Assembly (NCBI RefSeq): GCF_009914755.1
Contig: NC_060931.1
From: the human T2T-CHM13v2.0 reference genome, Homo sapiens
Strand: one strand, 5' to 3'
DNA length: 64,000 bases
The position numbers were made by a program, and so were the translations under genes. Shown here one piece after another: positions 45,504 through 59,853 of the stretch (the first letter of the stretch is position 1; the number at the start of each line of letters is the position of its first letter). The notes under the pieces were generated by a model. That model made no database searches. It was not told the DNA's origin and saw nothing but the letters and a program-made list of their open reading frames with translations.

Positions 45504-45902
<399 letters not shown>

Positions 45903-46999
45903 TAACCTAACCCAATTAAACTTTAAGTTGAACACAAGAGTAGTAGATGCAGTTCAGCTCCATGACATTGGGTGAGTTGTCTAAATGCTCTGTGCTTTGG
46001 TGTCCTTGTCTGCGTGTGACATGAAGCCGCAGATCTCAAAGATCTCTTTCATTCCGTGAAAGCGCTCTCAATGTGTGAAGTTGACTGCTTCTCCTGCTGT
46101 TTACCAAGAGAATAATCTTAACCCTACATTGTGGAGATCGGATTTGTTCTCACTTGACAGAAAGCCAGTCCCACGAGCAGCTTGGTACCCAAATACCAGT
46201 CTGTTTAGTGCTCATTAGAGATGAAGAACCATATTCATAAGTCAAGCTGAGACGGAGTGTCATCTCCAGACAGAATCAACACCACCCCCTCCTCAGGAAC
46301 TGGGATTTGGCTGCTTTCCAAGCCGCTGCTGACCAGGTTCCATTGCCCAGCTTGGCTGATGAGATCACTGGCAGAGTACCATGGGTGCAGACGGGGCCTG
46401 CTGTTTCAACATGTTCTCAGGAGGGCTCTTGCCCACATTTCTTGGAGAGGTGTGAGCACCAAACATGCTGAACCATCCAGCCCATCACTGAGCAGGGCCA
46501 TCTCTCTTCATCCCTTTTCATTTGGTTTGCATTTTTATGTCATGCTCCTTCCCTGGATAAAAGGGATAAGAGGAGTTTCTCAGATTTGATTTCTCAGTGG
46601 GAACTGTTTGCTTTGGAAGCCACCTACACCAATGCTAATTGAGAACAGAGCTCAGAATGGGAGCCTGAGAACTGCACCCGGATGAACTTTTTGGTGGGCT
46701 GATTTCTGTTGATCTTGTCAGAATTAGGTTGTATATGCATGTAATACCATGATCAACTATTTTCCAAAAGGCTGAGCAAATGCATCAGTGTCTTTTTCCT
46801 TTGACCAGTTACTTACCTTGGAAAAATTATTTGTAGTTAAGCATATAAAGTCTTCATCAGGAAAACTACTGGAGATCCTGGCCCTGACTACCCAGCAATA
46901 ACATTTCTGGAACTCCCGAAGCAATCAGTGCTCTCTGATCGCTAAACATGATGGGCTTCTATTAGAGAGATTACAGTAAAAAATAACAATCAGCTCTCT

Positions 47000-47239
47000 G
47001 ATGATCCTGTGAGGAGGGAACGGGTTGGGAGGAGTAGATTTGGCTGAGGACAAGCCCAGACTTTCGTCACAGGGACAGACCAACGTGTTAACACAAAGGG
47101 AGAACACGGGAGCATCCTGCACCGTGCATTTCAGCCACAGATCACATGGCCCCTCCGCGGGCCCAGCCCACGCCCTGACCGCCCGGCCTGGCCAGGTCTC
47201 CGTATCTCTCTGCCCCGCCGCCCCTTCCCAACTGCGGAC
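47000..47239 (+). promoter_or_regulatory. CALD1: Internal CpG-rich promoter/5'UTR of the HeLa-type CALD1 first exon
   Basis: The only GC/CpG-dense non-Alu patch in the window (about 47100-47310). GC-box-like ccccgcc at about 47212-47225, immediately upstream of the alternative ATG. The exact TSS cannot be determined from sequence. Confidence 0.75.
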
Positions 47240-47292
47240 ATGCTGGGTGGATCCGGATCGCATGGAAGACGCAGCCTGGCCGCGCTCTCCCA
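47240..47292 (+). CDS. CALD1: Caldesmon, alternative first coding exon (HeLa-type l-caldesmon N-terminus; partial CDS, phase-2 end)
   Basis: Translates MLGGSGSHGRRSLAALS+CA, the recognised alternative N-terminus replacing residues 1-24. Donor CA|GTGAGT at 47293; same phase as the 23371-23441 exon. Confidence 0.93.
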
Positions 47293-48574
47293 GTGAGTCC
47301 TCATTTCGCCTCTTTGGTTTTTTCCTTTCTTTTTTTTTTTTATAAAAAACAAACGAATTGTTGTAAAAAAAAAAAAAAAAAAAAAATGTGGGAGTGGGAG
47401 GGGAGAGGAGGAGACACCAGGCAGGAAAGGAATGCAGTGAGTGTGTGAGTTTCAGACCTGTCTGAAACTTTCTGGTTTCCACTTCATGGTTGCTCTGATT
47501 CGCTGGCTTTTCTCGTTTCCATTTTAATGGTGGTTTGTGGACCATTTGCCAGGAGTTTATACCTAGGCACGGGTTTCTCCGTTTCAAATACCAATCCATA
47601 AAGCATTGTGTTTCTAAAGGTCTGCTGTTAATTTAGACCTTAGCCCTCCGTTCAGAATGATCCATTTGCAGGGCTCAGAGATTTTGGCTAAAGCACACAT
47701 TGCCCAATCCTTAGAGTAAACAGCCAAAGCCCTCAATATACTGACCATCTGACTAAGACAGAACAAGACCCAGAGCATATGCTATTGATCAGGGAATTGT
47801 TCAGATAACGGACTCCAAGGGTTTAGGATCATGAAATCCTGGAATGTTAAAGCCAGAAGGGAGGCCTTTAGACTCTTTGGTGCAATGCTGTCTTTCAATA
47901 GGCAGGGAAACAGAAACCAGAGGGGCAACTCAACTTACCCCAAAGCAGACAACAGTCGGTAGCAAAGCCATGTCTTTGTACTCTCATGCAAAGGGCCGTT
48001 TTCACACTGGTGTTTATGAGGTTTGAAAAACTTACTGGGTCTTGGGAAAAGGTACCGCACAAGAATTAGAACACCAAATGGCCTTTCAGTAAATCTTTTC
48101 CATTTTTGAGAGTTTTGGCACCGATTCAGCATGACAATTGTTGTTCCAGTTGTTCCAGCGTTTGTGCAACAGTTAATCAAATAAACAGAGAAACTCATCA
48201 GGGTCCTAAAAACAAGACCCATGTCCATTACATTAGCAGATCTCTTGGAGAGCTAGTTTCCGTAAGTGTGGTTGGTTATTCACGTGGGAGAGCTCAAAGG
48301 GACTTTAGACGTTATCTGTATAGTCCAGTGCTTATCAAACTTTTTAAAAAATCAAATTTAATCTTAAGGGGAACGCTATTGTATAAAGGAGATGTTCTGG
48401 TTAAAGAAAAGGTTTGGGATCTAGAGCTCCTCATCCTCGCTCTACTCTGCAGTCATAGCCCACTGCACAATTCTACCCCTCTCCTCATCCCTCTTCTACC
48501 CCACCTCCCCACCCTCTTCATCAAAACTTCCTTGGAATCCTAGGTCTCCATGGAATAGTTCAGAAACCACTGAT

Positions 48575-48690
48575 CTCATTGAAAGCCTTCATTTCAGATG
48601 AGGAAACTGAGGCACAGGAAGGGCTTGCCCAGGGTCACACAGCTGATCAGCAATAGAGCGTGGGATGCTAGGAAAAGAGCCCAGTCTGGC
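48575..48690 (-). mobile_element. MIR fragment
   Basis: catttcagatgaggaaactgaggcacagg...cttgcccagggtcacacagct. Confidence 0.7.
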
Positions 48691-49015
48691 TGGCTGTCTC
48701 TCTCTCAACTCATGGTCCTGAGGCTTGTTTCCACTCCTTCATGCCTATGATTCTATCAGTCTCCTTTCTCTGTGTCTCTCTTCTCTGTTTACTCTGCCAT
48801 TTCCTGGATTTCAACAGCTATTACCTCTCACCGGGATGGTTGTCATTGCCTGCCATCTGGTCCTCGGCCTCTGTCTCTCTCCCCTTTCTGATCCAGCCCC
48901 CTACAGCCCCCACCTATGAAGATAAAGTCCATTCTCCTTACTACAGCATTCAAATTTCTCCACAACATGCCTTCACTATTTCTTCCCATTCTGACTTCCG
49001 CCAGGGAGAATGTTA

Positions 49016-49130
49016 AAAACATTGTGGGGAAATAAATAAATGATGGGCATAATTTTACCAGATTCTGCAGAAATGACAAAAGAAATGCACACAGGGATGT
49101 CGAGATTTGTAAAAACTATAGAAGTACCTG
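49016..49130 (+). repeat. Direct repeat copy A (paired with 50699-50841)
   Basis: Ungapped 70/90 identity between 49041-49130 and 50752-50841; identical 21-mer agattctgcagaaatgacaaa. Confidence 0.85.
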
Positions 49131-49363
49131 ATCCGGTGAAATAAGATCACTCACAGCTCCCCAAACTCAGCATATACAAGCCACCACTGTTTCTTGACTC
49201 ATTCTATTCCCTACACAGGGAATACCCTCACCCTCCTGTTTCTGACCTCCTTTCTGTTCTGCAAGGCCCTGATCAAATGCTCCCTTCCTCTGTAAACCTT
49301 CCTCATTCCTCACTTCTCTCACTCTAATAACCTTTGCCCATCCTTCTATTACTAGCTTTGTAC

Positions 49364-49909
49364 CGTCAATCGAGGAAAATGACGAGGCAAGTCTCAATCA
49401 TTTTAGGAGGTTTACTTGCCAAAGTTAAGGATGTGCCTGGGAGATAGGTCTATGCCTTTATCTGAAGATGATTTTGAGGGCTCCAGATTTAAAGGGGAAA
49501 GGGTGGGGATATTGAGAAGTACACAATTTTCATCTAAGTGAATCTGTGTTTTGTACATAAGATCACATAAACAAAGGGGGCAGAGGAAAAATGCGGGGAA
49601 TCTGCATTTTACGTATGATAACAGACAAAATGGGGTAGGGCGACACTCAGATATGCATTTGTGTCTGGTGGGCCAGGGTGACTGCACCTATAAAGATAAG
49701 CTGTCCATTTGCATTGCCATGGTGAAGTTTTAACAGCTCTCTAGGAATGTCCTTGTGGACAAAATATGGGGGAGGCTTGTGTAGCTTTTCACCTTGTAGC
49801 CATCTTATTTAGGAACTAAAAGGGGAAGGCTTTGAGTGACCCAGTTCCCGGCTTGACTTTTCCGTTTGTCTAAATGCGTTCGGGGTACCAAAATTTAATT
49901 TCCTTTCAA
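49364..49909 (-). mobile_element. MER4A-like ERV1 solo LTR
   Basis: Reverse complement begins tgaaaggaaattaaattttggtacccc...aaaagtcaagccgggaactgggtcac, matching the recalled MER4A 5' end. Confidence 0.85.
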
Positions 49910-50698
49910 TAAAGTTATTGTTGAACATAGCTATCTTCCCTCCCAATAAATGGCAATTCACTTGAGGGCAGGAATGATTTTGAATCTTTGAAGCTTCAGC
50001 ATCCAGAACAGTGCTGATGCTCCAGAAATATTCTTTAAGTTTCCTATTATTGAGTAAATCAAACTCAATTCCCCTTAGTTTACCTTTTTCATTTGAACCG
50101 TTTGAACACACAAAGCCTTCACTCCTTTTGCTTTGCTAGACGTACTAGGTTAAATGCTAAAACAGGTGCTCAACAAAATGAATTCTAAGTTCCTTTGCAT
50201 TTCCATCAGATAATTTATCTCTGTTTCATCACCTGTAGAGCAAGATTGGCTGTGATTTTTTAATGAGACATGTTAAAATTCCTGAATGCCAAGACCTACA
50301 CAAGGGCCATGTTATTTTCAGGAGCAGTCGTGAATGGTTGTTCAGTTATTTAGATTTCAAGGCATGTTTAATTTGTTCCTACCAAGATCACTGAGAGATT
50401 CTGTCACTTGCGGTTTAATATTTTCACTGGTACTTTTATCATTTTCCCAAAGCCTAAGGAAGTTTACTTGCAACAAGATTTGGGGTTTCCTGTAAATATT
50501 TGTTTTAGTCCATAAAGGGTTATTTTTCTTATAGAGAAGTGTGCTTTTATATATCTTGCAGCTGAAAGTTAAAAGTTTTTTGTGTGTGTTACATTTTGTA
50601 ACAAACATGGAAGGGTATGTAAATTGTAAAATCATGGAGTCAAGGAAACGTAGGAAATTATTTAGTTCATCCCACTGTTTTCTGAGGGAACTGAATCC

Positions 50699-50715
50699 AA
50701 AACAGTGCTGGGAAA

Positions 50716-50756
<41 letters not shown>

Positions 50757-50841
50757 GGCACAATTTTTAAAGATTCTGCAGAAATGACAAAGGAAATAAA
50801 CATAAGAATATTGAGATTTGTCAAAAGTTTAGGAATGCCTG
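50699..50841 (+). repeat. Direct repeat copy B containing an expanded (AAAT)n microsatellite
   Basis: See copy A; about 10 AAAT units at 50713-50753. Confidence 0.85.
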
Positions 50842-50908
50842 GCTTATTCAATGTTATCAGGAAATGTAGCATTATAATTATCCAGGATGCTAAATTTGGT
50901 TTTATATA

Positions 50909-50912
<4 letters not shown>

Positions 50913-50949
<37 letters not shown>
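50913..50949 (+). repeat. (TG)n microsatellite
   Basis: About 18 uninterrupted TG units. Confidence 0.95.
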
Positions 50950-50953
<4 letters not shown>

Positions 50954-51348
50954 ATTTAGTGGAAACTCTTTGCCTTCATTAAAGCAGATATTACAACACA
51001 TTTAAAACATTTTCAAATTGCTAGGAGCTGTCCTTATGAACATAGTTTTTTAATCATGCTGTAAAACAGTGATACCTCAGGGGATAAGACTCCCATCCAA
51101 AAATGGGTCCAGTTATTATGTGATGTCTTCCATCACATAATATTGATGCTTTTAAATCTCTTCTAATACCTATTAATGCATCTGCCTGTCATGGTCCCGC
51201 TCCCTGTTCTGCTGTAGCCAAGAGTAACAGGACACCCATTTGTTAGAATTACGTTCAAAGTAAAAATCAACAATCTGGTGAGAGAGGCCTTCTCTCCTAC
51301 AAAGTAATGGGCACTTACATTTTGTGACTATTGGTTTGTAGGCCAAAG

Positions 51349-51948
51349 TGTTAAATATAGTGAACTTCCAGTTTCTCTTCAAAGAATCAGTATGTCAGTA
51401 TGTTCAGCTTTCTTATTTTTTAATTCTTGATTTCAAAGTTTAACTTCCTGGTTCTCTCTGCCCACTTGCTTCTAGTTTCAGTAAACAACTTTCCCACCAG
51501 TCCTATTCAGTAGGTTCACATCTGTTCCCCTGGTCACCTGCTCTGTCCTGTCTCATCCTGGTCACGTGCTTTGACCTGAATCACCCCTGGTCACCTGCTC
51601 TGACCTAAGTCACCTTTGGTTACCTGTTTCTAACCATCCTTCCCGCCAAACTACTCACCCTGCCACTCTGGCTCATATCCCTGCCCTCTTTAAAATAGCC
51701 AGTCGGAACTGGCTTAGACTGTGCGGTCCAACCCTAGCCAATAGGGAACAACACAGCAGTAGGGGCCGCCTGCATCAGGAATAAGAACTCCTGCCCCTCC
51801 CCTGTCCAGGTGTGCTCTCGCCATTGTTCCATCTTCGAGGTGCACCCTTTCTGCAGAAAGTAAATTTTGCCTTTCTGAGAAAATTGCATTTATGTTCCAG
51901 TGCTATTTCTTTGTGGCACTGGGAAACAAGCATTTTGCATTTCTAACA
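51349..51948 (+). mobile_element. LTR10 (LTR10A/F-like, HERV-I family) solo LTR
   Basis: tgttaaatatagtga...tttctcttcaaagaatcagtatgtcagtatgttcag...tttctaaca; TG...CA ends; internal 28-29-bp tandem repeat. Confidence 0.85.
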
Positions 51949-52898
51949 CTGACCAATTTTGTCTACTTTTTGGTTCAAAGAAAGGTTTCAAATGATCTGG
52001 ACCCTTTATCTGGTTATGGATAAAATTGCTACTGCTGTTTATAGATTAAAAATAAAAAAGAATGGCAGAGAAATAGGTCACTGTGCTTTGCATGTATTGG
52101 GTACTCTTCTATACAAGATATTGCAGCACTGCACGAGCAGTGGTGATTATGGAGGTGGTCTTGACCTTCTGTATATGTGTCTTCTCTACAAATGGCCAGC
52201 CCACCCACACTCACACTGGTTCAATACCTGGTGGCCACAAGCCTTTCAAACCTATTGAACAGCAATTTGCATTGCTGTCTGCGTTTTTCCCTCTCCTTAC
52301 CTTTGATCTATTGATCCTTGAAATGAGCCCTGCCTATGCTGCTTCTCACATTCCTCTCAGCCCATCAAAATCACTTTATAGAGACAGGCCTAACAGTGGC
52401 AAGAGGAATGAGAAATGGGGAAGAGGTCCTCTGTCCTCTGGAGGCGAACTTACCCCTGGCATTTTTAATCAGACTAGTGAGGATCCGTTTCCCTATAGAA
52501 ACACAGCTTCGTTTCTCCATACCAGCTTCAGACACACCTTGGGTTTAAAAAGGTGGTTGTAGGCTGGTCTGAGAGCCCGACTACCATGTGTCATGCTGTT
52601 GAAAGTTTCAAAAGCCAATTTACAATGAAGGTCTTGGAAACAACCTCTTCATAAATGTAGTGCTGCCTGGATCTATTTCCAAGCCTAATTGAATTTTTAA
52701 GAGGAGTCCTTAGAAAATCCGTAAACCTCATTCATTTCCAGTCATTCATTCAGCAAATACTCATTGAGGGTTTCGCATTCTAGTGAATACTGCTGTACTG
52801 ACTGAGCATTAAGAACATCAAAAAGGACAAAGCTCAGGCTCTGGCCTCAAGGGTTCTGTTGTCTTCTGACCTCCCACCCAGCTTAGCATTATCTACAT

Positions 52899-52978
52899 CA
52901 GTGTTCTCAGTTTTCATTTTTTTTTCCTGTGACCTTCTGAAATAAATGCATTTTATTTTGTAACCCCAGTACCTATAT

Positions 52979-53011
<33 letters not shown>

Positions 53012-53169
53012 TTGAAGCAAATATTTCACAAAACGGTGCTCACACTTGCTGTGTACAAAGTCATCTGATATTTTCTATACGATTCTATTTCATTTTAAAA
53101 CGCTGGTCATCCACTAAATAGATTTCAGAAGCTGCAGATGGGTCACAAACCGAAGTTTGAAAACCACTG
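52899..53169. mobile_element. hAT-Charlie fossil (Charlie18a-like) with (TA)n
   Basis: cagtgttctca...tctgatattttcta...gggtcacaaaccgaagtttgaaaaccactg; cagtg/cactg TIRs. Confidence 0.65.
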
Positions 53170-53241
53170 AACATATCACATGACCTTGGTATCTCTGGTC
53201 CCTGCCTTCAGGGCAGCTTAGGAAGCTATGTTGGCTGGTGA

Positions 53242-53695
<454 letters not shown>

Positions 53696-54014
53696 AGCCT
53701 GGGGGTTTAAGAAAAGTTTTTTTGGATGGGAGTCAGAGGGTCTGGATTCTGGTCTAACTCCTTCAGTAATCAGTACTGTGATCTGCAGCAAGTCGCTTCA
53801 ACTTGCTGCGACACAGCTATGAAGTGGAGATGCTGATGCCTGTTCTGTGTAATTCACAGGGTGAGCAAGAACATCCAGTATAATAATGTGCATTAACGTG
53901 TGCAGAAAAATATTAAGTACAGAGCAAATCCAAGTTATTATTAAACAGTCTTACTTTTACAATTAAAATTTAATATCAGAGGAACAACTTGGAGGGACCA
54001 TTTGTTCTTTGTAG

Positions 54015-54473
<459 letters not shown>

Positions 54474-54802
54474 TAAAATCAAGGAAGCAACTAGGTGGTT
54501 GTTGGGTTTTTAAGTCATGAGCCTATTTGTAAAGGAGCGTGCTTTGCCTGATATTATCTACTCTAACCCAGTAGATTTATAAACACTAATTTCTACTGTT
54601 TTAAGACCACTTTTTATTAAAAGCAACTAACAGTAAATAAAACCAACCACTAAAAGAGATAATTTTATCAAGAAGGGTTTAAAACAATAAACTTTTAGAT
54701 CAAATATAGTACTTTCCTCATTTATCTTTCACTTTTCCTTTTGTAACTATCCTAGACCTCATTTCACACATCTCACACAGACATTGGTTAGAACAAATGC
54801 TT

Positions 54803-55160
<358 letters not shown>

Positions 55161-55201
55161 TAGAGCTGTGCCTTACAGGCTAGCTCTGCCTGCTGCATTA
55201 G

Positions 55202-55553
<352 letters not shown>

Positions 55554-56839
55554 TGATCTGTTTTAAAGGAATGTCTACATTCACCTTTTCTAGGAGTCAG
55601 TTCTCCAAATCACTCTACCTTTCACTTTGTAAGTAACGGTGGGGAAGAATAAAATAACAATAAAATAAAATAAAAACAAAACTATATTCACTCCAAAGAG
55701 AAGAAAATAATTCCCTTTTGTCCTTTAAAGAGTGAAAATATTCATTACACAAATCAGCAATGTCCACCAAAGGCCACTGCTCATCAGCACTTAGTGTAGT
55801 TTCCAGAGAAAACATCTAAAATGCATAAAAGTTAAGCAGTTTTTGTATACCTAGCTTTTAGCTGATTTCATGACTGCTGTATAGCTTCTTTGTAGATAGT
55901 TTCTGCAGCTGTTTCATGAATGTTATGGTATGCCTGCGAATTGAATTGAAAAAGACTGAGTTCACACGGCTTTTGAATCAGTAAGCTGAAGCCCAGAGGG
56001 GTTAGGTACATTGGACTGGAAGCAGAAGGGATGGTTTTAAAGAGCAGCTGGTTGTTCATCTTCACTAACTGGCAGGCAGCCTTTCTGGGGTGTAGCTGCG
56101 CTGCAGGTTGCACAAAAGAGTCTCAACGCCCCTCCTGCTACCCAGGCCTAGCCCTCGCAGCACTAAATGGGTACATTCTTGACAAATAAGAAACTGGGGC
56201 CCGATATGCTGATTCCCACATCTGTATTTAGATCCCACTCATGACACAGTGTATGACCACAAGCAGGTCACTTAATTTCACTGGCCTAAGTTTCTCCATC
56301 TGTTAAAGACATCTGTTGTCTGTCTTATAGGTGAAAATGAAAGGAACTAGCTATGCAAAGTATATAAACCACAGTGGGTGCCTGATCAGTGTGACATTTC
56401 CATCTTTTCCCTTTCCCTCTGAACATTCCCCTCCCCAAAGACCCCCGAAGAGAAATGGCATGATATCTTCTGCCAACAAACTGATAGACGCCAGGGTGAA
56501 ATCAGCGGAATTCAACTTGTGATTGGCATGCATTTATTAAAACATCCTTCTGCTTTCAGGAAAATCAGAGCTCTTTATTTCAGATGGAGTTATCTCGTTG
56601 GCTTACTATTTAAAATAAGAATTTGTACCACTATACGTTGGCTAACTCTGATGTTAAAGGAAACTTGCTGAAAACTGATTTTTGTTTTGGCAAAATATAG
56701 AATTACTACTTTTCCTGGTGGGCCTAAGCCAGATTCAGTGCCAAGAGGGAGGTAGGGAGAAGTAGGGTTTTTTTTTTTTTTGCCAGCAGATGCCATCAAT
56801 CTTGAAGTATTCTGGACAAGTGAGGAGAGCATAAATTAA

Positions 56840-57020
56840 GACTATTGACGTCAAAATCCAGATAAACTTGAATCCAAATCCTAGTCTCATCATTTTATCA
56901 ACTATGTGCCCTTGAGCGAATTACTGAATCTCTCTGAGTTTCTCAGCTGATTGATCTACAAAAAGAGGAATATACATGTAAAGTGGCTAGCACAGTGCCT
57001 GGTGCTTACTCAGTGCTCAA
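56840..57020 (+). mobile_element. MIR SINE
   Basis: ccaaatcctagtctc...ctatgtgcccttgagcgaattactgaatctctctgag...tagcacagtgcctgg. Confidence 0.7.
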
Positions 57021-57140
57021 GGGGTGGGAATGGGGGAACGTAGGTGTTTCACAATAATTATTGCCATGAACTGGGTATGTAGGAGATGAATCTGGGGGAG
57101 CTTCTGGGTAATCACAAAAGCATGAGTGACTGTGATGAGT

Positions 57141-57604
57141 TGTATTAGCTTCTGAGGGCTGCTTTGCTTGTAAAGTACAAAGTACTATGAGCCGGGTGTC
57201 TTAGAACAACAGACACTTATTGTCTCACAGTTGTGGAGGCTAGAAGTCTAGAATCAGGGTGTCAGCAGGGCCATGCTCCCTCTGAAACCTGTAGGGGAGG
57301 ATCCTTCCTTGCCTCCTGTAGCTTCTGGTAGCCCCAGATATTCCTTGGCTTAGGCCATCGTAACTCCAGTGCTTCCATAATTTCATACGGCATTCTCCCT
57401 ATGTCTCTTCACAGAGGCTTCCCTCTGTGTGTGTCTGTGTTTGTGTCCAAAGGGCACCAGCCACACTGGATTAGGGCTCATCCTAATGACCTCATCTTGA
57501 TTACATCTGCAAATATTCTGTTTCCAAATCAGGTCACATCCTGAGGTACTGGGGGTTAAGACTTTAACATATATTTGGAGGTGGAGTATACAATTTGACC
57601 CATC
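57141..57604 (-). mobile_element. MLT1C-like LTR
   Basis: tgtattagctt...aacaacagacacttattgtctcacagttgtggaggctagaagtc...gattacatctgcaaa...gaggtactgggggttaagact. Confidence 0.87.
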
Positions 57605-58426
57605 ATCTGAGTATACATACTTCTAGATTAAATGCAACGAGCCTGGGCATTACCTCCACATTCTAAAATTGGGCACAATCTCCACACATTGGGCACATTT
57701 CTTGCAACCTAGAGAGGCCTATTGTGAAAAATGATATTGTGATATTGGTTAGCTTTCTAAGTGAATATTTTCTCGTCACAAAAGAGCAAAAGTTCCCTAG
57801 ACTCAAGCGTAGGCAGGGACTTTCTTTTTAACCCCACTGAGTGAAAGGCAACCAGGAAGTGTGTGCATGTCCATTCACCCCAAAGGAAACAGCCTTGCAT
57901 CATAGACAGAGCCATCCCAGGTCTACATAAGTTCATACCATGGAGAATATTTTTCCTACTTGCTTTCCCTTTCCTGTATATATGTTCAAATGTCTGACAT
58001 TAATGAAACATTCAGTGTGATCCAGGGAAGTATCATGAGTCTGTTTTTCCTGAATCTGAAGGTTTTGGGGCTGGGAGGGAGATCATGTAAACCACCCCCT
58101 ACTCCCAGGAAATGGAGTGGCTCTGTGATCCAGCTACCCCTGGGAGCCTAGGAAGGCTTAGGTTTCATGAGCCCACCTCGGAGCTACAGGGAAATCTCCA
58201 TCCAAGATCCCCAGATACCAGAGGACAAAAGGAACACAGCAAAGGGAAAAACTGAACATCCAAGAGAATAAATTTACAACCTACAACAGAAGGCATCTGA
58301 AAAAGTCAGGTGGACTGCCGCTTCAGTGTAATGAACCACTCACCTGAATAAACAGTACAAGGTGCTGGAAATTGTGGAAACATGATTATTAACAAAGTAG
58401 AATCCTTCAATCCTTAAACTGACTAC

Positions 58427-59472
58427 TGTATTACTTTCCTAGGGCTACCTTAACAAAGTATCATGTACTCTGTGGCTTAAAATAACAGGTTGTCCTTCAA
58501 TAGGTGAATGGATAAATGACTTCAGTGGATGAGTGGATAAATAAACTGTGGTGCACCCAGACAATAGAATATTACTCAGAACCAAAAACAAATGAGCTCT
58601 TAAGCCATGAAAAGACATGCAGGAAACGTAAGTGCATATTACTAAGTGAAAGAAGCCAGTCTGAAAAGGCTGCATACTGTAGGATTCCAACTATGTGACA
58701 TTCTGAAATAGGCAACACTATGGAGACAGTAAAAAGATGAGTGGTTTCTAGGCACTAGGGCAAGAAGAGAGGGATGAATAGGCAGAGCACAGGGGATTTT
58801 TAGGGCAGTGAAAATAGTTGGTATGACACTACATTTGTCCAAGCCCATTGAATGTACAATGGCAAGAGTGAACCCTAATGTAAACTATGGACTTTGGGTG
58901 ATACTGATGTGTCACTGCAGGTTCATCAGTTGTAACAAATGTACTACACTTGTGAGGGATGTTTATAATGGGAGAGGTTATGTGTGTGTGAGACGGAATA
59001 TATGGGACATTTCTGTATCTTCCTCTCAATTTTGCCATGAATGTAAAACTCCTCTACAAAAATAAAATCTTTAAAAATAAATAAATCACAAGCAGGGTTG
59101 GTTCCTTCTGAGAACCGTGAGGAAGAATCTGTTCCATGCCTCTGTCCTCACTTCTGGTGGTTTGGCAGCAAGCTTTGGCATTTCTTGGCTTGTAGATGCG
59201 TCACTCCAATCTCTGCCTTCACATGGCCAAGATTGTCTCCCTGTGTCTCTTCTTAGCGTCTGCCCTCTGTGCAGGTCTGTCTGTGTCTGAAGCCAAATGT
59301 CCCCTTTTGATAAGGACATCAGTCATATTGGATTAGAACCCACCCTGATAACTTCATCTTCACTCAGTTAGCTCGGTCAAGTCCCTGTTTCCAAATAAGG
59401 CCACATTCTAGGGTACTGGGAGTTAGGTCGTCCACATATCATTTTTTGGAGGACACAACTGAACACATGACA
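58427..59472 (-). mobile_element. MLT1C-like LTR split by an L1MC insertion
   Basis: LTR pieces at 58427-58487 and about 59086-59472; TSD-like actac/aatac. Confidence 0.85.
58488..59085 (+). mobile_element. L1MC1-like 3' fragment
   Basis: tgtccttcaataggtgaatggataaa...aagccatgaaaagacatg...aaccctaatgtaaactatggact...aaataaa tail. Confidence 0.87.
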
Positions 59473-59540
59473 AATACTGAAAGATTTAAAAATTGTAATG
59501 TGCAGTTTCATAATTTAATCCATAAGCAATAAGTGGGATA

Positions 59541-59853
59541 GGCTAGGCATGGGGCCTCACACCTGTAATCCTAGCACTTTGGGAGTCTGAGGCAGGCGGA
59601 TCACCTGAGATCAGGAGTTTGAGACCAGCCTGGTCAACATGGCGAAACCCCGTCTCTACTAAAAATACAAAAATTAACCAGATGTGGTGGTGCATGCCTG
59701 TAATCCCAGCTACTCGGGAGGCTGAGGCAAGAGAATCACTTTAACCCAGGAGGCAGAGGTTGCAGTGAGCCAAGATCATGTCATCGCACTCCAGCCTGGG
59801 GTACAGAGCAAGACACCGTCTCAAAATAAGTAAATAAATAAATAAATAAATAA
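59541..59853 (+). mobile_element. AluS with (TAAA)n tail
   Basis: Perfect 17-bp TSD aagcaataagtgggata at 59524-59540 and 59854-59870. Confidence 0.95.

Noticed and set aside
46925-47599. 224-aa antisense ORF across the HeLa-type exon
   Set aside because: Runs through poly-A/poly-T tracts (poly-F, poly-K) and a GC-rich patch; no domain-like content.
50357-51001. 214-aa minus-strand ORF
   Set aside because: Held open by (CA)n and (TTTA)n microsatellites; low complexity.
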